Program-made: the position numbers and the translations under genes
DNA from: a virus
Taxonomy: Duplodnaviria; Caudoviricetes
IMG/VR virus record: IMGVR_UViG_3300032030_000007
Location: 160,001-224,000 of that record
Length of the DNA stretch: 64,000 bases
Strand: one strand, 5' to 3'
The notes under the pieces: generated by a model
Database searches by the model: none
What the model saw: the letters and a program-made list of their open reading frames with translations, nothing else
Told to the model about the DNA's origin: nothing
Shown here: in pieces, positions 18,564-32,128 of the stretch
Numbering within the stretch: the first letter of the stretch is position 1
Layout of the letters: the number at the start of each line of letters is the position of its first letter

Positions 18564-20516
18564 ATGAATAGTTTAAATAAAATTAATATATACGTTGGTA
18601 CTGTAGGAAGCGCATATGTTGATAAAGAAACTGCTCGTAAACATGTTTTAGCTGCACAAAAGAATGTTCAAGACGTTCAACAAATTATTGTTGATGCTAA
18701 CAATTTGTACACAAAATTAGATGCTGCTGAAACTAAAGCAATTAATGCGCAAACTGGTGCTATCAGTATTAAAAACACATTAATTCAAAAAATTAATGAG
18801 TATGAAGGACTTGATTCTGTTAAGTATAGAAAATTAGTTAACATTAAAGAAAGTCTTTGGGATAATGATTTTGATGGTATATATTCAAATGGTGGTAATA
18901 CAGAAACCGCTTCTAAGAATATTCAAAATATTGCTAAACAGAAAGTTAATATTGGTAAAATCATTAATGATGCAGAAATCTTATTAGAAGATAATCAAAA
19001 ACTTGTATTAACTAGAATACAAGAATTTAATGATGCTACAGAAGAATTCAATTCATATATTCCTGCTGATGAAATTGATTCTGATGATATTAACGATTTG
19101 AAAGAACAAGAATTAATTGATATGATTAATGAAGTTAATTCAAATATTAATGGTATTAATGAAACTTCTGATGCAATCAATAATACTACACAAGAAACTA
19201 ATGATTTAATTGAACAAGTAATTTCTGGAAATGGATCACCAGTAGTTCCAATTACTGATGATACTCTTTATTGGTTTGCAGGTCAAACAAAACCAACTGT
19301 TAATTTCTTCAATTCAGCTGACTTTGTTATAACTGAAAATCAAGCTAATACTTGGCATGTATTTAAGACATATTCTGATAATAATGTTGAATTATTTATT
19401 GCTGGTGTTGATAGCATATTAAGTAAATCTACATGGTATGTAATTGTACCTGATAAGGGCTTAACTCCAGTTAAAGCTGATAAGGTAACTGTAGATAACA
19501 GATTCTCATTCATTATGGATGTAGTAGTTGATACAAAGACTTATAAGTTATATGAAGTAAATAATTCATTACCTACTGAAGATTCTACTTCTGGTGTATC
19601 ATTATCTCGTCTTAATATTATTATGACAACTGGTGAAGCAACTATTGATCCTGTTACAGAATATAAATATTGGTACATTGGAACATCTCTTCCAACTGTT
19701 CCTTATAAGCCTGAAAATAATCTTGCACAAGATGAAGAAGATTTTGGATGGAGACGTATTGAAGGTGAATTATCATCACATAATGAAAACAATCCAATTT
19801 CATCTGATTCTATACCTGTTTCTGATACATTAAACCCTGTAGATTTTTATGTAATAATTCCAGATGGCTGTGCTATTAAAGATGCATTTACAGATATATC
19901 ATTAACAGTATTTGATCGTATTGTTATAAACGGTTCACAATATGTTATTGTTAAGATGCGTGGATTAGAATTCGCATATACCATTTATTATAAAGGGGGT
20001 GAAGTAGAACCAACTGGCGAACCAACTGGAGAGCCAACTGGAGAGCCAACTGGAGAGCCAACTGGAGAAGAACCAACTGGCGAGCCAACTGGTGAACAAC
20101 CAACTGGAGAAGAACCAACTGGAGAAGAACCAACTGGAGAAGAACCAACTGGAGAAGAACCTCAAACAGTAAATAATTATTGGTATATTGGCATAAATCA
20201 ACCAACAGATGCAACAGTTATAGATGATGATTTAGCTCAAGAAGAATTGGGATTAGGTTGGCATTTCATACCAGGTGCATTAAATGAATATAGTAAAAAT
20301 AATCCAATCTTCCCAGGAAGTTCAGATTATGCAGTTATTATAAATGAAGATTATGATGATATTGATTACTATCTTGCATTACCTGTAGGTGTAGGTATAC
20401 ATGGAGCATTCGCTGATCCTACTGATTATACATTAACTGGAACTATCGAATTAGATGGCGTTCAATATAATGTATATCATACAGTTGGAAGTGAATTTGG
20501 TTGGTTATTATACTAA
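18564..20516 (+). CDS. Virion fibre/appendage protein: coiled coil, three ~110-aa modules and an EPTG linker
   Basis: ATG 18564 preferred over TTG 18504; heptad N-terminus; repeated WY[IV]G..P modules. Confidence 0.7.
   Translation: MNSLNKINIYVGTVGSAYVDKETARKHVLAAQKNVQDVQQIIVDANNLYTKLDAAETKAINAQTGAISIKNTLIQKINEYEGLDSVKYRKLVNIKESLWDNDFDGIYSNGGNTETASKNIQNIAKQKVNIGKIINDAEILLEDNQKLVLTRIQEFNDATEEFNSYIPADEIDSDDINDLKEQELIDMINEVNSNINGINETSDAINNTTQETNDLIEQVISGNGSPVVPITDDTLYWFAGQTKPTVNFFNSADFVITENQANTWHVFKTYSDNNVELFIAGVDSILSKSTWYVIVPDKGLTPVKADKVTVDNRFSFIMDVVVDTKTYKLYEVNNSLPTEDSTSGVSLSRLNIIMTTGEATIDPVTEYKYWYIGTSLPTVPYKPENNLAQDEEDFGWRRIEGELSSHNENNPISSDSIPVSDTLNPVDFYVIIPDGCAIKDAFTDISLTVFDRIVINGSQYVIVKMRGLEFAYTIYYKGGEVEPTGEPTGEPTGEPTGEPTGEEPTGEPTGEQPTGEEPTGEEPTGEEPTGEEPQTVNNYWYIGINQPTDATVIDDDLAQEELGLGWHFIPGALNEYSKNNPIFPGSSDYAVIINEDYDDIDYYLALPVGVGIHGAFADPTDYTLTGTIELDGVQYNVYHTVGSEFGWLLY
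20007..20162 (+). repeat. Tandem 12/15-bp repeats encoding (E)EPTG
   Basis: gaaccaactgga / gagccaactgga / gaagaaccaactgga units. Confidence 0.95.
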
Positions 20517-20522
20517 AGCATA

Positions 20523-20553
20523 AATGTATCTGGTACCAAGTACCAGATACATT
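20523..20553. terminator. Intergenic hairpin (terminator or processing site)
   Basis: aatgtatctggtac-caa-gtaccagatacatt perfect 14-bp stem with no T tract. Confidence 0.6.
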
Positions 20554-20585
20554 ATAAATTGAAAATAAAAATATTTAATTAATAT

Positions 20586-24098
<3,513 letters not shown>

Positions 24099-24120
24099 TT
24101 GATTATTCAAGTATTATATA

Positions 24121-24151
24121 AAAATGGAACGTACTTGGTACGTTCCATTTT
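24121..24151 (+). terminator. Terminator for the fibre operon
   Basis: aaaatggaacgtac-ttg-gtacgttccatttt. Confidence 0.85.
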
Positions 24152-24168
24152 AGTTTTTAAAACAAAAA

Positions 24169-24192
24169 AAGGAACTACTTGTGTAGTTCCTT
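24169..24192 (-). terminator. Terminator for the convergent - strand unit
   Basis: aaggaactac/gtagttcctt with a T-run on the - strand. Confidence 0.85.
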
Positions 24193-24213
24193 AATTTATT
24201 GTATTTGTATTAA

Positions 24214-24807
24214 TTATGCTGTTTCAACAGTTGCTGTAGAAGTTTTTGGATCACCTGCTTTCTTTGCTCCAGGTAATGCAGCATTGTAAGCATCTACTTC
24301 TTCATTTGTGTATTCAACTGCATCTTTAGCTTCAACTGCTTCTACTGCAGGAGTCTTAATCTTGTCTGCTTCATTTAATGCTTCAAAGTCTTCATCAGTT
24401 AATTCTGTTCCTTTAGCTGCATTATATTCATTAGCATCTTCATAAAGAACTGCATCTTTAGCTTCAACTGCTTCTACTGCAGGAGTCTTAATTGCACCAT
24501 ATTGTAAAGCACCATCAAGTGTTAAATTATATTCTGCAGCTTCTTCTGCTGTATAAGTTTGTACTTCAGGTTCTCCAGTTGGTGTATTTTGACCTGTAGG
24601 TTCAGCCTGTGAAGTTTGACCTTGTTCTCCTGATTCTTCAGAAGCTTCATCTTGTGTATTTGCTGCGCCTGCTGGTACATACCAATCGTTGGCTGCCATT
24701 TCTTCATCATATCTTGTAAGACCAGTAGCTGCAGTAAACTTTTCTTCAGTTGTCATTTCAGAAGTATCTACTCCCATGATTTCGAGTCTTTCATCAATTC
24801 TACTCAT
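24214..24807 (-). CDS. Acidic Ala/Glu-rich protein sharing the YTAEEA..YN...KTPA motif with the collagen fibre
   Basis: 197 aa; internal duplication IKTPAVEAVEAKDAV. Confidence 0.8.
   Translation of the reverse strand: MSRIDERLEIMGVDTSEMTTEEKFTAATGLTRYDEEMAANDWYVPAGAANTQDEASEESGEQGQTSQAEPTGQNTPTGEPEVQTYTAEEAAEYNLTLDGALQYGAIKTPAVEAVEAKDAVLYEDANEYNAAKGTELTDEDFEALNEADKIKTPAVEAVEAKDAVEYTNEEVDAYNAALPGAKKAGDPKTSTATVETA
24316..24492. repeat. 45-bp perfect direct repeat (24316-24360 and 24448-24492)
   Basis: aactgcatctttagcttcaactgcttctactgcaggagtcttaat present twice. Confidence 0.9.
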
Positions 24808-24881
24808 TTTATATAACGTTATATTTTTATATACTTTACTTTCCTCTATAATATATTTAATAATAACAATTTATATCATAA

Positions 24882-27668
24882 TTAAAACATTATTGATAAT
24901 TGATGAGCATTTGATGCATTAACTTTTGGTATATCCATTACTTCCAAGAATCTATTAATAGGATCAATAATTGTCTTTTCCCATTGTGTTATCTTATCAA
25001 TTTTAGGAGCCCACTCAGGAAGTTCACCAGATGGGAAGCCAAAGTATCCTTCTTGTTTTTCATTAATTCTTATATTATAATATTTGATCTTACCAGAGTA
25101 TTGAATCTTATTATCTTCATTATTCTTATGAGCTAAATAATTATATCTTGCTATAGCTTGTACAGATACAGGACATTGTTTACCTAACAATAATGATTCT
25201 TTATCATCTATTACATATTTCTTATAATCACCAATACCTACAGATTGTGATATGTCTTCAATCGGTGCTTTATAGAATTCCCTTCTGAATCCTGCAAGTT
25301 TTTCATTAAATGCTAAAATATATTCGTTACGATTTTCTTCGTGATATTCAAACATCAAACTATTCATCAATTTCTTCAATACAGTTCTACATAGTTTTGG
25401 TGTTGTAGATTTAATAATTTCAATACCTGTGCCCGATACCTTTGGTTCATCATAATACTTTCCTTTTACATATGCATATCCTTTAAGATACTTCTTTTTC
25501 TTAATACAAATCTGTGCATAAGAAATTGTTTCCAATTCAAACTCATGTACGTTCTTTCCATATCTTGGATTATACATTTCTTCGCACCACTTATTATTAA
25601 GCTTATCTTGAAACTTCTTACAATAGTTCAAAATCCAGTCAACCTTCTTTCTATCTGTATCATATTTCTTTTGATATTCTGGTGTCATACACTTGAAGAA
25701 ATTACCAAATGTTACATATACAGAATCAGTATCCGAATAGCAAGATATAGTCTGTTTTCTAAACCAATCATGTTTACTTTCATCAAGTTCAAATTCAAAC
25801 TGTTGCCAAATATCTTTTCTATTCCAAATACCTTCATGGAACCATTCTTCAAGATTATGCCACATTGTCTTTGTAAGATGACGGCATTCTCCAGTGATAT
25901 CTGCTGCAAGTGATGCATTAAAGAAATAGAAGAATTGATTAGCACATGCTCCATATAAGCCATTCATCAAAACTTTATGTGCAAGCTCAAGCAATGAATA
26001 TTCATGTCGCAAGTCTTCAACTTCAACTCTAAATTTCTTAAGTTCATCTTCAGACATTGTAAACAGATCTTCATGAGTCTTATTGAACTTTTCTTTAAGC
26101 AAATCAACAATATCTTGATGGAATTCAATATGATCATTTGAATGATTCAATATATTATCAATTTCAACAAGTGCTTCAGCTTCAATTCTTTGGCCTGTAT
26201 ATTTATATTTGTCACGTAATACTTTAAGGTTAGCTTGTATACGACGGAATGCATAGTCCTTATCATTCTTATATACATTACCCATTACAGTAACAAAATA
26301 ATTTGGATCTTTCCTAAATCTTTCAAGATCTGCTTCAGTCCATTTAAGAGTTGTATATCTTCCAAAACTATCAGGACCAACTCTATTCTCATAGAAGTTC
26401 TCAAATGATAGATTACAAGTTCTTACCTGTGATGGATAAAGTGATGCGAAATCAAAACATACTGTAAATTCATATCGACCTGGCACACAACCACAGAATG
26501 CTCCTTCATACGGTATCTTTACTCTTTCAATAGCATCGTAATCCCAAACAACCTTCTGTCCTTGATTATAGAATTCTTCGAACACATTTGCTGTACCTAA
26601 TGCTACCTGTCCAAATGCAGCTAATAAAGGTACCAAAGTAACTGATGATACAGCACAAGGTGATTCTAAAGATTTTAATTTATAATGAATCAACATTGTG
26701 ATAAGACTATCGACAGCATTATAGAAATAATACCATTCTGGGTCCTTTTCATAAAGATCTTGCAATGATCCTTCATATTTAATCTTATGAGCTTTAACTG
26801 CAGCATTACCTACCCAATCCAAAGAATATGATTCATAAGGTCTTAATATATAATCATAATCTTTAACAATCTGCATATAGTCCAATATGATTGAATGGCA
26901 TGGACCTGGACATCTTTTCTTAAGTCCACCTACTTCTTCCCAACTATATTGTTTAATTTCTCCAGTTGGTGAAGACTTACGAATCATATTAAATGCTACA
27001 TTCTTTCCAAATAATCTATTAATACGATTAACAAGATATAACCAGTCAAATCCATAACTGTTCCATCCTGCAAGACAAGCAATTTTTGGAATAATTACAG
27101 TAAAGAAATGAGTAAGCATAGCTTCCTCAGTCTCAAAATATTGATATAATACTTTTGGTTGTTTTCCATTTGAATTTACAAAATCTTTTGCAAATTCATT
27201 TTCATTAACCCAATCCAAATAACGTTTTCTAAATAATGCTATTTGATCTTCATTGAGTCTGTGTAGTCCATATACAATACAACTAAGATCTGGACCTACT
27301 AAAGATATAGCTGTAACTTTATGTTCCGCTTTATCAGGATCAGGGAACTCTCCTTTAACAAATTCTGTTTCAATATCGAACGTATATAATTTTGGAAAAT
27401 ATTGAGCATGCATTTCAGTATTTAAATCTTTTGGAAGCTCATACATAAATTCCAAAATATCAAATTCGTTTGGTGTATAATTTAAAGTATCTTTAAATAC
27501 TTTATTACATCTACGACCATTCCAAGTTTCAAATTCTCCTTGTGCATCATATTCATATGACTTAATGTGATGTAAATGCTTTGTGAAAAATTTTCTATTT
27601 CCTAATTTATCTATATACGAAATAGTCAACTTTTGATCTCTTTTATTCCATGTTCTATCTAATATCAT
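24882..27668 (-). CDS. Family B DNA polymerase (T4 gp43-like) with proofreading domain
   Basis: ExoI FDIETE, ExoII GWNSYGFD, ExoIII YNAVD; polymerase motifs DFASLYPS, KVLMNGLYG, YSDTDS. Confidence 0.97.
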   Translation of the reverse strand: MILDRTWNKRDQKLTISYIDKLGNRKFFTKHLHHIKSYEYDAQGEFETWNGRRCNKVFKDTLNYTPNEFDILEFMYELPKDLNTEMHAQYFPKLYTFDIETEFVKGEFPDPDKAEHKVTAISLVGPDLSCIVYGLHRLNEDQIALFRKRYLDWVNENEFAKDFVNSNGKQPKVLYQYFETEEAMLTHFFTVIIPKIACLAGWNSYGFDWLYLVNRINRLFGKNVAFNMIRKSSPTGEIKQYSWEEVGGLKKRCPGPCHSIILDYMQIVKDYDYILRPYESYSLDWVGNAAVKAHKIKYEGSLQDLYEKDPEWYYFYNAVDSLITMLIHYKLKSLESPCAVSSVTLVPLLAAFGQVALGTANVFEEFYNQGQKVVWDYDAIERVKIPYEGAFCGCVPGRYEFTVCFDFASLYPSQVRTCNLSFENFYENRVGPDSFGRYTTLKWTEADLERFRKDPNYFVTVMGNVYKNDKDYAFRRIQANLKVLRDKYKYTGQRIEAEALVEIDNILNHSNDHIEFHQDIVDLLKEKFNKTHEDLFTMSEDELKKFRVEVEDLRHEYSLLELAHKVLMNGLYGACANQFFYFFNASLAADITGECRHLTKTMWHNLEEWFHEGIWNRKDIWQQFEFELDESKHDWFRKQTISCYSDTDSVYVTFGNFFKCMTPEYQKKYDTDRKKVDWILNYCKKFQDKLNNKWCEEMYNPRYGKNVHEFELETISYAQICIKKKKYLKGYAYVKGKYYDEPKVSGTGIEIIKSTTPKLCRTVLKKLMNSLMFEYHEENRNEYILAFNEKLAGFRREFYKAPIEDISQSVGIGDYKKYVIDDKESLLLGKQCPVSVQAIARYNYLAHKNNEDNKIQYSGKIKYYNIRINEKQEGYFGFPSGELPEWAPKIDKITQWEKTIIDPINRFLEVMDIPKVNASNAHQLSIMF

Positions 27669-27695
27669 AAAAGTTAATAAAATATATTTATGTAA

Positions 27696-27727
27696 ATCTC
27701 TTAACGAGATATGGGATCAACTCCCAT
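27696..27727 (-). promoter_or_regulatory. Twin hairpins in the polymerase 5' leader
   Basis: atggga/tcccat and atctc/gagat stems between the promoter-like motif (~27747) and the ATG. Confidence 0.45.
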
Positions 27728-27811
27728 TTTAGTTTCTTGTAATTATAATATAGAAAAAGGCACAGATTAATTAATCCGTACCTTTAAATATAGTTTAATA
27801 AAAATTATTGT

Positions 27812-28585
27812 TTATTGTTTCATATATATAATTTCACCAAGTGTTAAAAGATTACCATCAATTGACCATGAAATTCTATCAATTTCTTTTCCATTTTTGA
27901 AAATAATCATTTCATTATTATTTAATACATAATAAAATTCTTCTTCATAATAATCTCCATAACTGAAACAAATCCATTTAATATGATTACCATTAATGAT
28001 AATTGACATTCGTTCGTATTGAGATGCATTTACCTGATTATACATGCCATTTGGAATATAATATGCATTTGTATAATTATAACGAAACAACTTTGGAGCC
28101 CATTCTTCAATATGATATCCTAAATATGTTAATTTGATTTTATCATTTCTATTAATTCGTAAATATTTTGTTGGTTCACTATCTAAACAAGTTAAAACAA
28201 TTCCACCATATAATGCATCAGCTCTAAATACAAATTTATATACATATCCTAAATTATCATCTTTATGATAAACATACAATGTAAGAATATCTTTATTAAG
28301 TTCATATTTACAAATTTGATAACGAAGTTGCCCAGCATAAAATTCTCCAATATCATTTGTATAATTATTTGAACCACTCCACCATATATTACCATATTCT
28401 GTTGGATTCTTAAATAATACGAATGCTTCGTTTTTGTTAATATTTGAATTATCTAAAACTCCGCTAACTTCGAACACACCAAGCACATTAGGACTTACTG
28501 AATTATCATAACGGTTTTCAGTTTCATCCTTTGAACATGAACACAATGCAAAAATTGCAACAAAAATAAAAATCAGTTTCCTCAT
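27812..28585 (-). CDS. Bacteroidota-type lipoprotein (beta-rich, lipocalin-like)
   Basis: MRKLIFIFVAIFALCS|CSKDE lipobox followed by a K-D-E export-like signal. Confidence 0.8.
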   Translation of the reverse strand: MRKLIFIFVAIFALCSCSKDETENRYDNSVSPNVLGVFEVSGVLDNSNINKNEAFVLFKNPTEYGNIWWSGSNNYTNDIGEFYAGQLRYQICKYELNKDILTLYVYHKDDNLGYVYKFVFRADALYGGIVLTCLDSEPTKYLRINRNDKIKLTYLGYHIEEWAPKLFRYNYTNAYYIPNGMYNQVNASQYERMSIIINGNHIKWICFSYGDYYEEEFYYVLNNNEMIIFKNGKEIDRISWSIDGNLLTLGEIIYMKQ

Positions 28586-28611
28586 AAAATTTATTGTTTA
28601 ATTAATAAAAC

Positions 28612-29355
28612 TTATTTTAATTTAACTTTATAATCATTACAAGTAGTAGCCTTATATTTCTTAAGTGTATTATCAAATTCCTTATAAGAAGTTTTCCGTC
28701 CAAGAAGAGACTTACCTGAACTTCTATGATTTGCTAAAGCTTCATTATCAAAAGTAAAGAACTTAACAGATTTAGGAGTACCAATGTAAGGATTCCAATT
28801 AACTATATTAATTGCTTTTTGTAATTCTTTTACTTTATAGATATCTGTCTTAAACCACCAAATTCCTTCAGTACCGTAGATTGCACAGATAAGAGCAACA
28901 TTCTTTTTGAATGCAATTACTTTACGAGCTTTTTCTGAAAGAGTAGAAGCTTTTTCTTCTTCCTTAGTAACATGATTGTCTACCTTATGAATTCCGTATG
29001 CATTAATTCTACGGCATTCCTTCATAAACCAAAATCCATGTGCATTATATTTATGACCTGAAACTGGTTTGTGATTCTGTACAAAATGCTCAGGATTAAA
29101 TGTATAATCTGCAATATGAATCATTTCATGAAGAAGGGTTGACATCTTAACTTCCTCAGGAGAATCAAAATAGTTAGAAATTGCAATGTACTCAGGATTA
29201 ACTTTATTGTTTGGGTAGTCATATCTAAAAGATGCATACCCCCACATTCTCTTAGTATGATTAACCTTGAACTCAATCATTGGAAGTTCTCCGTTCCAAT
29301 ATTTGTTATTGAACTCAATGTAATGTTCCTTAATCCAATTAATTGTAACTATCAT
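28612..29355 (-). CDS. SprT-like zinc metalloprotease
   Basis: FNNKYWNGELP...TLLHEMIH...HGFWF; start moved to ATG 29355. Confidence 0.85.
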   Translation of the reverse strand: MIVTINWIKEHYIEFNNKYWNGELPMIEFKVNHTKRMWGYASFRYDYPNNKVNPEYIAISNYFDSPEEVKMSTLLHEMIHIADYTFNPEHFVQNHKPVSGHKYNAHGFWFMKECRRINAYGIHKVDNHVTKEEEKASTLSEKARKVIAFKKNVALICAIYGTEGIWWFKTDIYKVKELQKAINIVNWNPYIGTPKSVKFFTFDNEALANHRSSGKSLLGRKTSYKEFDNTLKKYKATTCNDYKVKLK

Positions 29356-29433
29356 ATATTTTATTTTTATATATACAATATAGTTCATTTATTGAAAAAT
29401 TCAAATATTATATAAAAATATATAGCTATAATT

Positions 29434-30225
29434 ATGCAAATTTTAAAATCTGATTTATTATGGGCTCAATTAATGAAGCAATTCGATATAGCTAAAAATG
29501 AAGTAATTGAAATATCAAATTCTGAATATGACGATATATCTCAGCATTTATCACCACAAGAAACTGTAGCAAATGGTCCTGCTCCTAAGTTACTTAAATG
29601 TATTAATTATAAAGAAACAATTACATTTAAGAATATTAATTCTACTATTTTAAAATCATGTATATTTTTAATTTATGATGATAATTCTTATGAAGACGTT
29701 ACTACAAAATGCAATTATAAATTATCTGAAGAAAATGGAACATTAGAAAGAAATAACATTTTCGCAAATAATGAAGTAGAATTAATTTATAAACCTAATG
29801 CATTTAATAATGAAGCAATAACAATTGAAGCAGAATATAAAAATTTAAAATGTAATGTTATAACTTATGTTATGAGAAAAGGAGATTTCTGGTATGTAGG
29901 TACTAATATGCCTGATGAAAATAATATAGAAATAGTTAACTATCATTCATCAGAAAGTGGTTGGAGAAAATTAGAAATGTCATTAGCAAGTTATGATGGT
30001 GATACTCCTATTTATGAAGATACAGATGGAATTGAAATATCTGAATCATTAAGTCCTGTTGATTATTATCTATTATTACCTGAAGAATGCTATATTAAAG
30101 ATGCATTTGGGAGAATAGAATCTGGAACATTTGTTAAATCTGTAATAATTCAAAATAAGTTATATAATTTATATAAACGAAATGGATTAGAATATTCATT
30201 CCCAATATATAGAGAAGCTGATTAA
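29434..30225 (+). CDS. Putative virion protein with an Ig-like middle region and one ~110-aa module
   Basis: YDDNSYEDVT Ig-like segment; C-terminal WYVG..P...GW...DYYLLLP...KDAF...GLEY. Confidence 0.7.
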   Translation: MQILKSDLLWAQLMKQFDIAKNEVIEISNSEYDDISQHLSPQETVANGPAPKLLKCINYKETITFKNINSTILKSCIFLIYDDNSYEDVTTKCNYKLSEENGTLERNNIFANNEVELIYKPNAFNNEAITIEAEYKNLKCNVITYVMRKGDFWYVGTNMPDENNIEIVNYHSSESGWRKLEMSLASYDGDTPIYEDTDGIEISESLSPVDYYLLLPEECYIKDAFGRIESGTFVKSVIIQNKLYNLYKRNGLEYSFPIYREAD

Positions 30226-30229
30226 ATAA

Positions 30230-30255
30230 AAAGAGGTACCTTAAGGTACCTCTTT
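30230..30255. terminator. Bidirectional terminator between convergent genes
   Basis: Perfect palindrome aaagaggtacctt/aaggtacctcttt. Confidence 0.85.
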
Positions 30256-30260
30256 ATTGT

Positions 30261-31346
30261 TTATGCTAATGCAAATACAGGTCTAACGAAACATTTAAGT
30301 AATTGTCCTTTCTTATTATATGCGAAAGGTTCTTTACCTTCTTGGATTTCAAATTCTGAAATCTTAACTTTAACAGAATCACCAGGTTTGAAATCTAACA
30401 AATCTGAAGCATCGATAGGCATAAGACCAGTGATATATTTATCATCCAATTCAATAAAGATACCTGTCTTATTATTAGAATTGATAATACCTGTTACAGT
30501 TCCATCATAAATTTCTGATTCATATGTAACATTATCATTAGACTTAGCAAGAAGCCATCTATTATAAATGTCATGAATATTATTCATACCAAGAATCTGA
30601 AGTACTTTCTTTCGAGATCCAACCAATGAATTCTCAATTAATCCTGTCTTAAAGTCACGTCTGAATTCTACGAACTTTTGTGGAATAATTACAACATCCT
30701 TGCCAATCCATTTATCAAAGTCACGTTCAATATTCAATACAATATGTGAACCTGGAATAAATACAGAATGAGTATAATTCTTACCAGTCAATTGGCAGAT
30801 AGGTGTAATATCAGTATGGCACAAATATCCACCCTTCACAAGAGAATCAATATGAACATTAATTCCCTGTTCATGCTGAATAGCTTTATTAATAGTATTA
30901 GTCCAATACTTATAATATGCAGTAATTACTGACACAATATACTTATTGTCCTTATGTTCACGGACTTCAAATAATAGTTTGTTTCCATGTGAAAGCAAGA
31001 ATGAATTGATTTCTGTTGCACAATCATTGAAATTCTCCTTTGATATAATCTCATCCTTTACACCGGGAAGTTCAAAAACAATACCATTCTTATCAAAGGA
31101 CTTAACATAACCTGAATAAATTTGTCCTAATTCAATTGTTACAACAGTATTAATGTTCTTATTTTGTTTAGTTTCTTGAGAAACTTCTTCTCCATAGAAT
31201 ATTGCAAATGATTTAGCTAAAGGCATATTACCGTAAGCTTTCTTCATGTAATTAATACGCTCTTTATCATTTTTAAAACCAGCAAATACATCACCTTCAA
31301 TATCCTTTGCAGTAAGTAAACGTTGTTTATTTTTATTAGTTGCCAT
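30261..31346 (-). CDS. Ribosomal protein bS1-like protein with three S1/OB domains
   Basis: LGQIYSGYVK; VKGGY...FIPGSHI...IGK...VGSRKKVL (RpsA domain 2-like); YDGTVTGI...GIFIEL...GLM...PGDSVKVKI; start moved to ATG 31346. Confidence 0.8.
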   Translation of the reverse strand: MATNKNKQRLLTAKDIEGDVFAGFKNDKERINYMKKAYGNMPLAKSFAIFYGEEVSQETKQNKNINTVVTIELGQIYSGYVKSFDKNGIVFELPGVKDEIISKENFNDCATEINSFLLSHGNKLLFEVREHKDNKYIVSVITAYYKYWTNTINKAIQHEQGINVHIDSLVKGGYLCHTDITPICQLTGKNYTHSVFIPGSHIVLNIERDFDKWIGKDVVIIPQKFVEFRRDFKTGLIENSLVGSRKKVLQILGMNNIHDIYNRWLLAKSNDNVTYESEIYDGTVTGIINSNNKTGIFIELDDKYITGLMPIDASDLLDFKPGDSVKVKISEFEIQEGKEPFAYNKKGQLLKCFVRPVFALA

Positions 31347-31446
31347 TATATTTATAATTTTGTGAGTCAGTGGCATGACTCTGGTTAATACTATGATATC
31401 TTATGATATCGTTAATTATCTCGTTTATATTAAAATTTGTTAATAC

Positions 31447-31493
31447 AAAATAGTTTACAAATATCAAATAATTCAATACTTGTAAACTATTTT
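31447..31493. promoter_or_regulatory. Second 47-bp palindromic element, over the S1 promoter
   Basis: aaaatagtttacaa-N19-ttgtaaactatttt. Confidence 0.7.
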
Positions 31494-31506
31494 TTTATAT
31501 TTTTTT

Positions 31507-31836
31507 TTAAATTGCTTTTACTAATGAATCTGCATCTTCAGGCTTCTTAGGATTTCCTAATTGATCTAATGCTTTCTTACAGGTGCCATCATCAAGCCAT
31601 TCATATTCGAAAAGTTTATCTTTAATCTTAACTTGACCTTTTATAATGTTTGGTACTTCCTTCATATCAATATCAACAATAATAGCCTGACGGCCATCTT
31701 TAGTCATAACAGGTTTTTCATCATTAAGCCATTGATCATCAATAGGATCACCTTTAGTTTCCATTATTGTTTGCTTAATATAAAGTTCTTCTTTAATAGC
31801 TTCTTCTTTTAATATATAATCAATAATAGATTGCAT
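31507..31836 (-). CDS. Protein with CTS-like leader MQSIIDYILKE and a V.TKDGR domain
   Basis: Start moved to ATG 31836, which removes the overlap with the upstream gene. Confidence 0.75.
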   Translation of the reverse strand: MQSIIDYILKEEAIKEELYIKQTIMETKGDPIDDQWLNDEKPVMTKDGRQAIIVDIDMKEVPNIIKGQVKIKDKLFEYEWLDDGTCKKALDQLGNPKKPEDADSLVKAI

Positions 31837-31852
31837 GTTAGTATTTATATAT

Positions 31853-32098
31853 TTATTTTGAAACTTGTAATGATTCTTCAGATTTCTTTTGTACTTTGTC
31901 AATCTTCTCAAGCATTTTTAAAGCTTTATCAGATTTTCTTTTATCTATATTAATACTAAGACCACATATTGGGCAATACAAGCTTTTAGAAAAAAGAATC
32001 TGTTGTATTGATGTTGGTATAAAATTTCCGCAATTCGGGCATGGCATACCAGGCATATGTTGAGATGAATGCTCTGATCTTAGGTTTTTAGGAATCAT
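31853..32098 (-). CDS. Zinc-ribbon protein
   Basis: CPNC...CPIC. Confidence 0.75.
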   Translation of the reverse strand: MIPKNLRSEHSSQHMPGMPCPNCGNFIPTSIQQILFSKSLYCPICGLSINIDKRKSDKALKMLEKIDKVQKKSEESLQVSK

Positions 32099-32128
32099 TT
32101 TAATAAATTGTTTTATTAAAAATAAATA

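Noticed and set aside
24316-24492. Diversity-generating retroelement TR/VR pair
   Set aside because: The two 45-bp copies are identical (no adenine-specific mismatches), lie in one ORF, and there is no reverse transcriptase in the window
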